A stretch of DNA of 63,896 nucleotides, the filler included, from Octopus bimaculoides (lineage: Eukaryota), in the NCBI RefSeq assembly GCF_001194135.2. It is 4 parts of 4 records of this genome, joined end to end, with 100 filler letters (N's around TTAATTAATTAA, not from the genome) between each part and the next. Parts side by side here need not be neighbours in the genome. Positions count along the whole stretch, not along the records: positions 1 to 28,083 come from NC_068992.1; 3 more parts are not named here. One strand, given 5' to 3'. Made by a program: the position numbers and the translations under genes. The notes under the pieces are model-generated. The model saw only the letters and a program-made list of their open reading frames with translations, was not told where the DNA came from and did not search any database. Positions 13,684-23,887 of this stretch are shown here, in pieces. The first letter of the stretch is position 1. Each line of letters starts with the position of its first letter.

Positions 13684-14663
13684 NNNNNNNNNNNNNNNNN
13701 NNNNNNNNNNNNNNNNNNNNNNNNNNNNNNNNNNNNNNNNNNNNNNNNNNNNNNNNNNNNNNNNNNNNNNNNNNNNNNNNNNNNNNNNNNNNNNNNNNNN
13801 NNNNNNNNNNNNNNNNNNNNNNNNNNNNNNNNNNNNNNNNNNNNNNNNNNNNNNNNNNNNNNNNNNNNNNNNNNNNNNNNNNNNNNNNNNNNNNNNNNNN
13901 NNNNNNNNNNNNNNNNNNNNNNNNNNNNNNNNNNNNNNNNNNNNNNNNNNNNNNNNNNNNNNNNNNNNNNNNNNNNNNNNNNNNNNNNNNNNNNNNNNNN
14001 NNNNNNNNNNNNNNNNNNNNNNNNNNNNNNNNNNNNNNATATATATATATATATATAGTGTTATATAGAAAATTATATTGTGTTATATAGACCACTTATG
14101 ACCTGAATCACCTCCAACACCATTATTATTCAAATAGTAAATATTTTCTTTTGTTCTTTCTTTTACTTTCAGTTTGTGAAGCACGACGACCAGTGAACCT
14201 TTACCTGGGTGTTGAACACAATAGTCTTCCGAATTTATATAATTTGGGTCTTTTGAAATTTTATAAATCACTGAAATCAGAACTTAAGAGCACCAATGCT
14301 GATAAGATTCACACCCAATTAATCTTCAGTGATTTTTCAAACGAAAAAGAAAATATCAGCGAAGCATTCATCAACATCTTCAGGAAAACAATGAAAGCAG
14401 CAATTAACAATAATAAAGACTCTCAAAAGACTTTGCTGTTGTTTGTCAACTCCACCACTACTTTAACAGCAGAAATGGTCAAAGCAGCTACTATTCTGAA
14501 GGATAAAAAAATTGAGGTTTATGTTGTTGTAGAAGGTAAAAGTGAAACAGACTTTTCAAAGATTGCTAGTAAACCAGCTGAAGATCACCTCTTCATTGTG
14601 CCTTATTTCAAGAAGTTGAGTGGCCACAGGGATACAATATTACAGTCGATTTGTAAAGGTTAG
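5564..14663 (+). CDS. Probably secreted protein with two degenerate VWA domains (matrilin/collagen VI-like VWA), about 444 aa
   Basis: Hand-built join 5564-5608, 6255-6282, 10548-10613, 10842-10895, 11337-11606, 12448-12792, 13407-13442, 14173-14663 = 1335 nt. All internal exons from 10548 onward are symmetric phase 1. VWA hallmarks: C..DVMIYLDVS, VVFYFS, LYILRL, LVSSP..FVFEV; second domain VYVVV..IASKPAEDHLFIVPYFKKL..ILQSIC. The first two exons and 10842-10895 are less certain. Confidence 0.75.
6255..6282 (+). CDS. Tentative VWA gene exon 2 (MFQGSFSAS), end of signal peptide
   Basis: Strong tttcttgtgtag| acceptor and CAG|gtaaga donor; 28 nt, phase 0 to 1. Confidence 0.55.
7680..8520 (-). 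mobile_element. Chain of about four SINE copies (family B)
   Basis: Repeated body CGACCCCAGTG...CTGGTACTTAATTTATCGACCCCGAAAGGATGAAAGGCAAAGTCGACCTCGGCGGAATTTGAACTC, related to 53448-53669. Confidence 0.85.
9770..9970 (+). mobile_element. SINE family B copy with a duplicated head
   Basis: GCCGGCGAGCTGGCAGAATCGTTAGCAACG occurs twice, followed by the family B body. Confidence 0.75.
10244..10278 (+). promoter_or_regulatory. Candidate internal TATA box and Inr
   Basis: TATAAAAG at 10244-10251 with a TCAATT whose A lies 30 nt downstream (10274). Confidence 0.3.
10548..10613 (+). CDS. VWA gene exon (VPYKKAKDFENDSYVTNNPGNS)
   Basis: tttcatttcag| acceptor, CTG|gtgagt donor, 66 nt, phase 1/1. Confidence 0.7.
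10842..10895 (+). CDS. Tentative VWA gene exon (GTKEQRRLFFKTSIRNTD)
   Basis: ttaaatag| acceptor, ACG|gtacaa donor (moderate), 54 nt, phase 1/1, open frame. Confidence 0.45.
11337..11606 (+). CDS. VWA domain 1, N-terminal half
   Basis: tgtctttcag| acceptor, CCA|gtaagt donor, 270 nt; inside ORF 11300..11770. Confidence 0.9.
12448..12792 (+). CDS. VWA domain 1, C-terminal half
   Basis: ctgtttacag| acceptor, ACA|gtaagt donor, 345 nt; in frame with ORF 12522..12806. Confidence 0.9.
12945..13190 (+). mobile_element. SINE family A, 5' part
   Basis: Head GTGTGGTTAATAAGTTCGCTTCCCAACC..., then GCCTTGTGAGTGGATTTGGTAG and a (TG)n tract. Confidence 0.75.
13407..13442 (+). CDS. Inter-domain linker exon (MQVFPGYTIPKP)
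   Basis: ttcttttaatag| acceptor, CAA|gtaagt donor, 36 nt, phase 1/1. Confidence 0.8.
14173..14663 (+). CDS. VWA domain 2 exon, ending ICKG*
   Basis: ttactttcag| acceptor; ORF 14151..14663; AATAAA at 14819-14824. An AAAG|gttagt donor at 14658 overlaps the stop codon. Confidence 0.88.
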
Positions 14664-15903
14664 TATGTTTGTCCTTAGCTATTTTACAAGAAATTACCTT
14701 ATATATTACTGCATCCATACACTGTTGTTTAGGCAATAATTTATATATAAATTATATAAGACAATAATTTGTTTAGCATATAGATAATAATCTATATAAT
14801 GTTATACATACCATGTATAATAAAGTGATATATAAACCATAACCTGTATTGTTGGGGAGGCTTGTTACTGTTTGCCAAGCAAGAGTTTAATGTTTTGGTG
14901 GCTAACGCATTTCTAGGTGGATGAAATAGTGCTGGGTAGATATGACATAACAGGTTAGAATATTTCTGAGGGATTGTGTATTTCTAGATGGATAGTTACT
15001 ACTGTGTTTGTCTGCTCTTGGACTCCAGTGCTGAAATCTTTTCATGACATTTACATGTGCTTCCAGGCAGAACTTCTAATTCTTCTTTATCCCCCATTCA
15101 TCAATAGGAATAGGTCCCAGATTAATGATGATAAAGTTGCCTGAAACATGTTAGTGTTTCATACAGGAGGATATTAATCTTGCATCTGTTTTATAAAACG
15201 ATTAGTGTTATATGTGACAGGCATCTCCAAACAAAGAAAAAAAAACTGTCTTTCTTCTTTTCCCACATGTTTGGCATGATTTTTCACAAAATTTAGGCTT
15301 TTAAATATTGTTGGAACAATCAACTTTGCACATATAGATTATTATCCTACTGCTAACTAATTTTCTAAAGTTGGGGTGGAACTTGTTTATCAGCCAAACA
15401 GATTAAAGTCATCCGTGTCACGTACTTTACTACAAGGAAATAAGATAATGATAATTTAACTAATTACTTTGCCATGGTTAAATGTCCAGTATACTATGAA
15501 GTAAGGTATCATAGAACAGAATATAGAAGAATAAAGGAGGGAGTTAAATTCTTTAGAATGTGACATGTTTTCTTCTGTATTAAATTCTTCTTTTATTAAT
15601 TCCAGGTTGGTGAAATGATTGGCTTCTAGATAAGAATGAGAAAAAAACCTATATAAACACATAACATTCATGTGATTTGAGTTCTTTAATTTAAAAGGAA
15701 AGCTTGGAAATTCCAACTGGCTAAAAAGGGAAACTATATTGTAAGCTACCATCAACCAACCAGCCAAACAATGATGGAAGTGTCAAGTAAAAACAGATTT
15801 GACTGAGAACTACTGATGAAGCTTGATTATTAAGAAATTAATGAACGAACATTTTATTCTGGAGATGACAAGGAAAATTTTCTCTCTTTTTCTTTCTCTC
15901 TCT

Positions 15904-15940
<37 letters not shown>

Positions 15941-17574
15941 TGACAAAATATTTTTATTTAACTTTTGGAGAAATTTCAACATATTTCCTTATAATACTAT
16001 TCAGAGGGTTCCAGATGCTTCCATATAAATTATCTGAAAATATTTCATCAAAAAGTATTATCTTCGTAAATGAATAAAAAATTTTTTTTTTTAAATGAAA
16101 AGGACATGCATTCACACTCGCATATATACATACATATACACACACATCCATATATACTCACATCCATATACACATCCATGTAAAAAAAACAAAAAAACAA
16201 TGACAAACCTCAAACTTCCAGAAAGCCTAAAATCGAATAATTTATAGATTAAAGTCAATGGAAAAACTGAGCTTCAGAGAAGTTTAAGTATGGTGCAATA
16301 TTAAAACAGATAAAATGACAGAAAAAAAACGAATGAAAATGAAGAGAACAGAAATGATCAAATAATGAACATTTGTGGATAAGGAAACAAAATGACAATG
16401 AAATGAAAGCATAAAAAAAAAAAATATATATATATATACAAAACAAAAAAGAAATGACAACTGCATCTGTGATACAGGTTCTTCTCCTGTTCCTCTTCCC
16501 TTTAACCCTTAACCCCTAAATATAAGTCAGATATGTGAAAGCCAAATCAGTTATCTAGTCCCTTCACTACTGATAAGCCAACATGATCCCTCTCATCTCC
16601 TTATTTGCCATTATTTACCATTTAATGTCCCTCTGCTCAGACTTTAGGAGATGATCAAGACCCAAGACTATCAGAGATGCAAATTTGCCCAATTTTTGGA
16701 TTTAAAAAAAAATTTCTTATTGTTTTCATTTTTCTCTCGTCTCAAATTGGAGAATACTAAAAACAACAGCCCACAACTCCAAAGAACCCTTGCTTATTTA
16801 CAAGTTATATTGATGAAGGGTTTATATTTATATACACTAATTGGAACAAAGAACAGCAAAGCATTTTCTAAAATAACTTGTTTGAATTTCAATAAAAATG
16901 TCTACAATTTGCGAAAAAAAAAAAAAAAAAGCTAAAAAAAAAAATACAGGAAGAAAACAATTGGGGGCCCAAATACATGTATATTTATTTATTTATAATT
17001 TTTTTTTTTTTAATTCCTGAAGTCAAATCTGGTTGGCATTTTGCAATCTGAACGATGACTTTAAGCACTAAGCAGCCCCTACCCCACACCATCCCAACCC
17101 CATTCCCCCCCCAAAAACCCAACCCACAGGTTTACACTTGTGGATGATGATGATGGTGATAATGATGATGACATTCTTGTTTGAAGACTNNNNNNNNNNN
17201 NNNNNNNNNNNNNNNNNNNNNNNNNNNNNNNNNNNNNNNNNNNNNNNNNNNNNNNNNNNNNNNNNNNNNNNNNNNNNNNNNNNNNNNNNNNNNNNNNNNN
17301 NNNNNNNNNNNNNNNNNNNNNNNNNTGTTTAAATACTTGTAGGACAAACTGTTTACCGGTGCAAAAAAAAGTCTGATTTTACTTACCATAACCAATATTT
17401 ATTGAAACATTCTCTACATTATAAACCCTTCATTCAGATTTTTTATTTTTTGATGCAAAAATCTTCAAAAATTTCTTGTAAATATTACACTTTGAAATAA
17501 AATCTAAAATCTATTTATGCAATATTTATATTTGACTTCATTCTTTCATCATTCCATTTTTTAAAATTTCTTTT

Positions 17575-18290
17575 TTTTTACTGATTGCTGATGACCTTGT
17601 TCTCATAGTGGAACCACTACCAGAACTAGAGAAGGAATTTCAGGTGTGGAAGCAAGGTTTAGAATAGAAGGGCCTTAGAGTCAATGCTGCAAAAGCCAAA
17701 GTCCTAGTAAGTTGGAAGGCAAACACATCACAAACCCCTTCAGGTAGATGGCCCTGCTCGATCTGTAGAAAAGGTGTAGGTAGAAACTCCATGAGATGCA
17801 CCCAGTGTAAGCTATAGACAAATAAGAAGTGCAGCATCATGAAAGGAAGGTTAACTGGTTTATGTGCAGCAGATGTACAGGGGCAATAAACACCGCAGAT
17901 GCTCCAGAAAACTGATTCCATCACATGCCAGGCGGAGAAACTAGAAGTAGTTGATAGCTTCCACTACCTAGGTGGCCAAGTCTGTAGTGGGGGTGGATGC
18001 TTGGGGAGTATTGCCACTAGAATAAGAATAGCCTGGGCAAAGTTCAGAAAGCTCCTACCTCTACTGGTGAAAAAGGGCATCTCACTCAGAGTGAAAGGCA
18101 TGTGTGTGAACTGCCATGCTAAACAGTAGTGAAACATAAGCTGTGACTGCTGAACATATGCATAGGCTTGAAGCTAGTGTGACTCGCTGGATGTGTGCAC
18201 ACACAACAGAGTGTAAGTGCCCTGAGAGAAATGTTGAACATAAGAAACATCAGATGTGGTGTGCAAGAGAGATGACTGCGCTGGTATGTA
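17575..18290 (+). mobile_element. RTE-clade LINE ORF2 fragment, degenerate
   Basis: Translates as LIADDLVL...FQVWKQGLE*KGLRVN..K.KVLV and EKLEVVDSFHYLG...RIRIAWAKFRKLLPLL; contains stops and frameshifts. Confidence 0.85.
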
Positions 18291-18299
18291 ATTCTTCGC

Positions 18300-18950
18300 C
18301 AACTCCTGGTTTACACTAAATACACTGTTTGGAATTTCTACTTATGCTCTTCCTACACATCAAGCAGGATCACTTACTTGAAAGAAGCAGATTCCTGGTT
18401 ATTTTCTTGCTTTCTAAAACTTTGGTCTTTGCTAAGTTAATTTTAATGATCTTTGAATTCAGATTTTGCTTCCACATCTGAATTTCTTTCCTAATTATAC
18501 TATAAATTTCTCAATAACAATGATGTCGTTGGCATATAATAATTTCCAAGGGCAGCCAGTCCTAAATTCACTTTTATCATTTGCAGGGCGATGATGAAAA
18601 CGAGGGAACTAAGAACAGAGTCCAAGTGTACTCTTACCTTTACTCTAAATTTATCATTATACTAATGGCTAATTTTCACCTTAATGACAGCAATCCTGCA
18701 CACGGTTTGTAAAGCTTTCACAAGTCATTTGTTTTGTTATAGTTTCCTCTGAGACCGCCGGGTCACAAAGCGAGATGCTCTGTCGAAAGCTTTCTCCAGG
18801 TCAAAGAATACCGAATATAATAGTTTACTGTTAGTTAAATTTTTTCCTGCAGCTATCTCATTAAGATGATAACTATAGTACTTTTCCGCGGAACGAAACC
18901 AAATTGTATCTCAATTAAGTCTGATTCCGTTTCGCAGTATTAGAAGTAAG
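18300..18950 (-). mobile_element. RTE-like reverse transcriptase fragment, degenerate
   Basis: Minus strand encodes FFDLEKAFDRASR and PWKLLYANDI (decayed YADD motif). Confidence 0.75.
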
Positions 18951-19059
18951 GGAGATAACTCAGTAGTATAAAGTTGGTAAATTGTGGTTGATTCAGGGGA
19001 TGTAAGTCAGGGATGGACCAGCAGCCTTTTCAACCGGTTTTGTTGAGATTGTGGTCAAC

Positions 19060-19460
19060 TCTTTTTCTTTTTCTTGTTTCAGTCATTTGACTGCGGCCAT
19101 GCTGGAGCACCGCCTTTAGTCGAGCAAATCGACCCCAGGATTTATTCTTTGTAAGCCTAGTACTTATTCTATCGATCTCTTTTGCCAAACCGCTAATGTA
19201 CGGGGACGTAAACACACCAGCATCGGTTGTCAAGCGATGTTGGGAGGGACAAACACAGACAAACATATACACACACATACATACATATATATATACATAT
19301 ATATGACGGGCTTCTTTCAGTTTCCATCTACCAAATCCACTCACAAGGCCTTGGTCAGCCCGAGGCTATAGTAGAAGACACTTGCCCAAGGTGCCACGCA
19401 GTGGGACTGAACCCGGAACCATGTGGTTGGTAAGCAAGCTACTTACCACACAGCCACTCC
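19060..19460 (-). mobile_element. SINE family A, full-length copy
   Basis: Reverse complement of 53788-54194 with high identity. Confidence 0.9.
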
Positions 19461-21146
19461 TATGCAAAACAACAACATGGAGGAACCGACGTAAACTNNN
19501 NNNNNNNNNNNNNNNNNNNNNNNNNNNNNNNNNNNNNNNNNNNNNNNNNNNNNNNNNNNNNNNNNNNNNNNNNNNNNNNNNNNNNNNNNNNNNNNNNNNN
19601 NNNNNNNNNNNNNNNNNNNNNNNNNNNNNNNNNNNNNNNNNNNNNNNNNNNNNNNNNNNNNNNNNNNNNNNNNNNNNNNNNNNNNNNNNNNNNNNNNNNN
19701 NNNNNNNNNNNNNNNNNNNNNNNNNNNNNNNNNNNNNNNNNNNNNNNNNNNNNNNNNNNNNNNNNNNNNNNNNNNNNNNNNNNNNNNNNNNNNNNNNNNN
19801 NNNNNNNNNNNNNNNNNNNNNNNNNNNNNNNNNNNNNNNNNNNNNNNNNNNNNNNNNNNNNNNNNNNNNNNNNNNNNNNNNNNNNNNNNNNNNNNNNNNN
19901 NNNNNNNNNNNNNNNNNNNNNNNNNNNNNNNNNNNNNNNNNNNNNNNNNNNNNNNNNNNNNNNNNNNTTCCGTTTTCCTATATGTTCGTTCTGTTGTCTG
20001 TAGTTTATTGTTCTAACGTCCTGTACCCTGATATGCATGTATATACACATGTAGATGTAAGTATGTACATATATGTGTGTATACATGTATATATATTCTT
20101 TGTATTATATATATATATATATATATATAATGTTAATTCTCTAAATGAAGTATTAACAGTAACTGCACGATAAAGTGTAGTATATTGCCACTTAAGTGTG
20201 GCTGACCCCTAGGGGTGGAGTGTAGGTATAGTATATATATATATATATATATATATATGCAATGAGTTTCTTTCAGTTTCTGTCTATGAAATCCACCCAC
20301 AAGGCTTTGGTAGGTTTGAGGCTATAGTACAGGACACTTGCCCAAGGTGCCACACAGTGGGACAGAACCCAGAACGACGTGGTTGGGAAACAAACCTCTT
20401 GCTGCTTCATTTCTGCTAACTAATTGCGGTTTTATGAATGGGTTCTAATTTAAGCCAAGGCCTGCAATTTTGTGAGAAAAAGCTGCATTGTAGAATGTTC
20501 TCATTGCCACCATTTATAAAAGTAATCCAGGTTTGGTATGCGGCGTCTGGGCTGCATGATGGATAGTTGAGTAAAGTTTTGGAGGAATGAAGGATCATGT
20601 TTTTTGCATAAGGGTGAGTATTGTTGGATGAGGCAGCAAGAAGAAGAACAATTTTAAAACTTTATTGAATTCCAAAACAAACTTAAGACTTTATCATTAA
20701 ATTTTTTCAACATTATCGTCAACATAATCATGAGTAATACATTTATCATTAGCATATTCATAATTTGCATTGTCATCATCAGCATAATTATTAGTCTCAT
20801 AATCATCGTTAGGAATATCCTTATTATTCATATTTATTATCAGTATAATCGTTATTAGTTGTTGTGGTTGGAGAAGTATTAAACAATTGTTTATGTTGTC
20901 TAGTTACATGGGCCATGTTTCCATGTTCAAATCCTAGTAAAGGAAGAATTGGAACATCAATTATTAATTATATTGGACCGGTTCAATTTAGTGAACTGAA
21001 AAACCTCTCTCCATGGACCTGGCAAAGTAAAATATAAAACACTGTCACAATTCTGGTTATTGTTGCTATTGTTGTAGTGACTTCTGAAAATCATTAAATG
21101 CTATCTGAAAGTTAACCAAAATGTTGAAAATCTCTCCAAGCTGAGT

Positions 21147-21296
21147 CTATGGACATTCTGGTGGTATTTGGTTCTTTTGCTCTGAACAATTGCGGGCAAT
21201 ACAATCAGCGACATGTTTCATGTCTTCATCATTTTTCACAGAAGTAAACAACAGGGATCTGTCCATTCGAGTCATTATGACATCACCTTTGAAGTC
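21147..21296 (-). CDS. ureG: UreG-like terminal coding exon 6
   Basis: tttaatgtacag| acceptor, 49 codons plus [12 protein letters not shown] resembles the UreG C-terminal PFxFTxxK segment. AATAAA on the - strand at 20833-20838 and 20661-20666. Confidence 0.88.
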   Translation of the reverse strand, partial: DFKGDVIMTRMDRSLLFTSVKNDEDMKHVADCIARNCSEQKNQIPPECP

Positions 21297-22785
21297 CTGT
21301 ACATTAAAGAAAAAGACAAATAATAATAATAATAATCCTTTCTAATATAGCCACAAGGCCTGAAATAAATTTTTCGTGGGGGTGAGGGCGGGAGGCAAGT
21401 TGATTATATTGACCCCAGTGCGCAACTGGTACTTCTTTCATTGAACCTGAAAGGATGAAAGACAAGGTCAACCTCAGTGGTATTTGAACTCAGAAGGTAA
21501 AGAGGCAAACGAAATGCCACTAAGCCTTTTATCTAACACACTATGATTCTGCCATGCAACCACCTTAATAATGATATGGAGTGGCTGTGTGGTAAGTAGC
21601 TTGCTTACCAACCACATGGTTCCGGGTTCAGTCCCACTGTGTGGTACCTTGGGCAAGTGTCTTCTACTATAGCCTCTGGCCGACCAAAGCCTTGTGATGT
21701 ATGTGTGTGTATATGTTTGTCCCTCCCAACATCGCTTGACAACCGATGCTGGTGTGTTTACGTCCCTGTAACTTAGCAGTTCGGCAAAAAGATGCCGATA
21801 GAATAAGTACTAGGCTTATAAAGAATAAGTCCTGGGGTCGATTTTCTCGACTAAAAGGCGGTGCTCCAGCATGGCCACAGTCAAATGACTGAAACAAGTA
21901 AAAGAGTAAAAGAGTATATACAGACAGGTACGTAGGCAAGCGGATTGATTAACTGGCAGACTGATTTGCTTGGTGACTGAATGGGTGGTTGTTTATAGAT
22001 TACGACAAAATCTCAATGAAAACATCTTAGAGTGATTTAAATAACAGAACTAACTCTTAAAGTTTCATATACCTACCTCCATATCAAAATCCATTGCTTT
22101 TTCCAAATCCATTTTATTGACTACAAGTAACTCGCAGTAATCATTACCTGCTATTCGTTTCTTGATGATGTTTCTGCCACCTAGAAAACAGAAATTATCG
22201 TTATTATTAACATTATTATTGAGTGAGAGAGCAGTGCATGCCAAATATACAAAGCCCAGTCATGACTCACCAGGACTACCTGTGTGATAAGGGTACACCA
22301 GGCACATGCATCACAACCATATGTGCATGACACAATGACCTCAAATCAAGATAAACATCCCATGACCTTGCAGGTGGAGGTCCAGTTAGAATTTTCTTCA
22401 TGTCAAGTAGCCTATCCTGCTCAAAAAGGGTTATTTTAGGATGATGAATGAAACATCCATGTTACCAGTGGTGAATTGTTCAAACCCTATAGAATTGCTC
22501 TCCCACTACTTCTGCTCATGATCAGAGATGCACATATCATCAGCCACCAAGGGACATACTCAACTGGTTAAGATGAAGCAACTGACAAGCAAATCTGTGG
22601 TATTGAACAGAATATTTGCTGTAACCCATCTTTTAGACCAAGACAAAACGTGTACATGATTACACTTCCAATCAGTTAAGATCAAAAGCTTTGAGAGCCA
22701 CTGTCTTGTATTGCATCAGGGCATTATTATTAATTCCCACAAATTCCAGGTCTTGTATCTATAGTAGAAAGGATTATTATTATTA

Positions 22786-22834
<49 letters not shown>

Positions 22835-23851
22835 CATACTTTTTGGTTTTGGTGAGGTGGTATTGCTACATACTTTGATAACCTCTACCACTTTGATCTG
22901 TATTTTCATGCAGATTTATGTCATAAAATTATGGCCAGTCATACATGCTCATATCAGTAATAAGAATTATGATATCTTCATATTAATCATAATGGATACA
23001 AAGATATCTCATGTTTTCAAACATGGATTTAAGGATCAATTGTAATAAATATTTACAACATAAATAAATAATTGATAAAAACTAAAAACAAAAATTGGAC
23101 GAGAATCAAACCTGCAATGTCGATGACTAAAATGGTATAATCCACCAAATCTCTGTTAAAATGTGCTGCAAGACAATCCCCAGCAGATTCTAACAGAATT
23201 ATTTCAGGTTGAAAGAGTTTGGTCAAGTCTTTGATTTCTTTCAGATTTACATCAATATTCTATATATAAGAAAAAAAAAAAAAAAAAAAAAAAANNNNNN
23301 NNNNNNNNNNNNNNNNNNNNNNNNNNNNNNNNNNNNNNNNNNNNNNNNNNNNNNNNNNNNNNNNNNNNNNNNNNNNNNNNNNNNNNNNNNNNNNNNNNNN
23401 NNNNNNNNNNNNNNNNNNNNNNNNNNNNNNNNNNNNNNNNNNNNNNNNNNNNNNNNNNNNNNNNNNNNNNNNNNNNNNNNNNNNNNNNNNNNNNNNNNNN
23501 NNNNNNNTTTGAAAGTATGGGAATGATGATGATGATGGCGGTGGTGGTGGTGGTGGTGGGTAATGGTAGTGGTGATGATGATGATGATGATAACAGCAAT
23601 GAGATATACAATGTAAAAATTCTTTAAACAGATATATTTTATAAAGGAATCATTTACTTAATCATTTACTAATTAATCAAATCCACCCACACAATGAACC
23701 TGGGCCCATATCAGCTCGAAAAATTACTAATCTATATTGCTTTCTTTTAATCTTTTTTACTTGTTTCAGTCATTGGACTGCGGTCATGCTGGAGCACTAC
23801 TTTGAAGGATTTTCGTCAAATGAATCGACACCAATGCTTATTTTTAAGCTT

Positions 23852-23887
<36 letters not shown>

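Noticed and set aside
15456-15767. 103-aa minus-strand ORF
   Set aside because: AT-rich, no motif; lies in the probable 3' region of the VWA gene.
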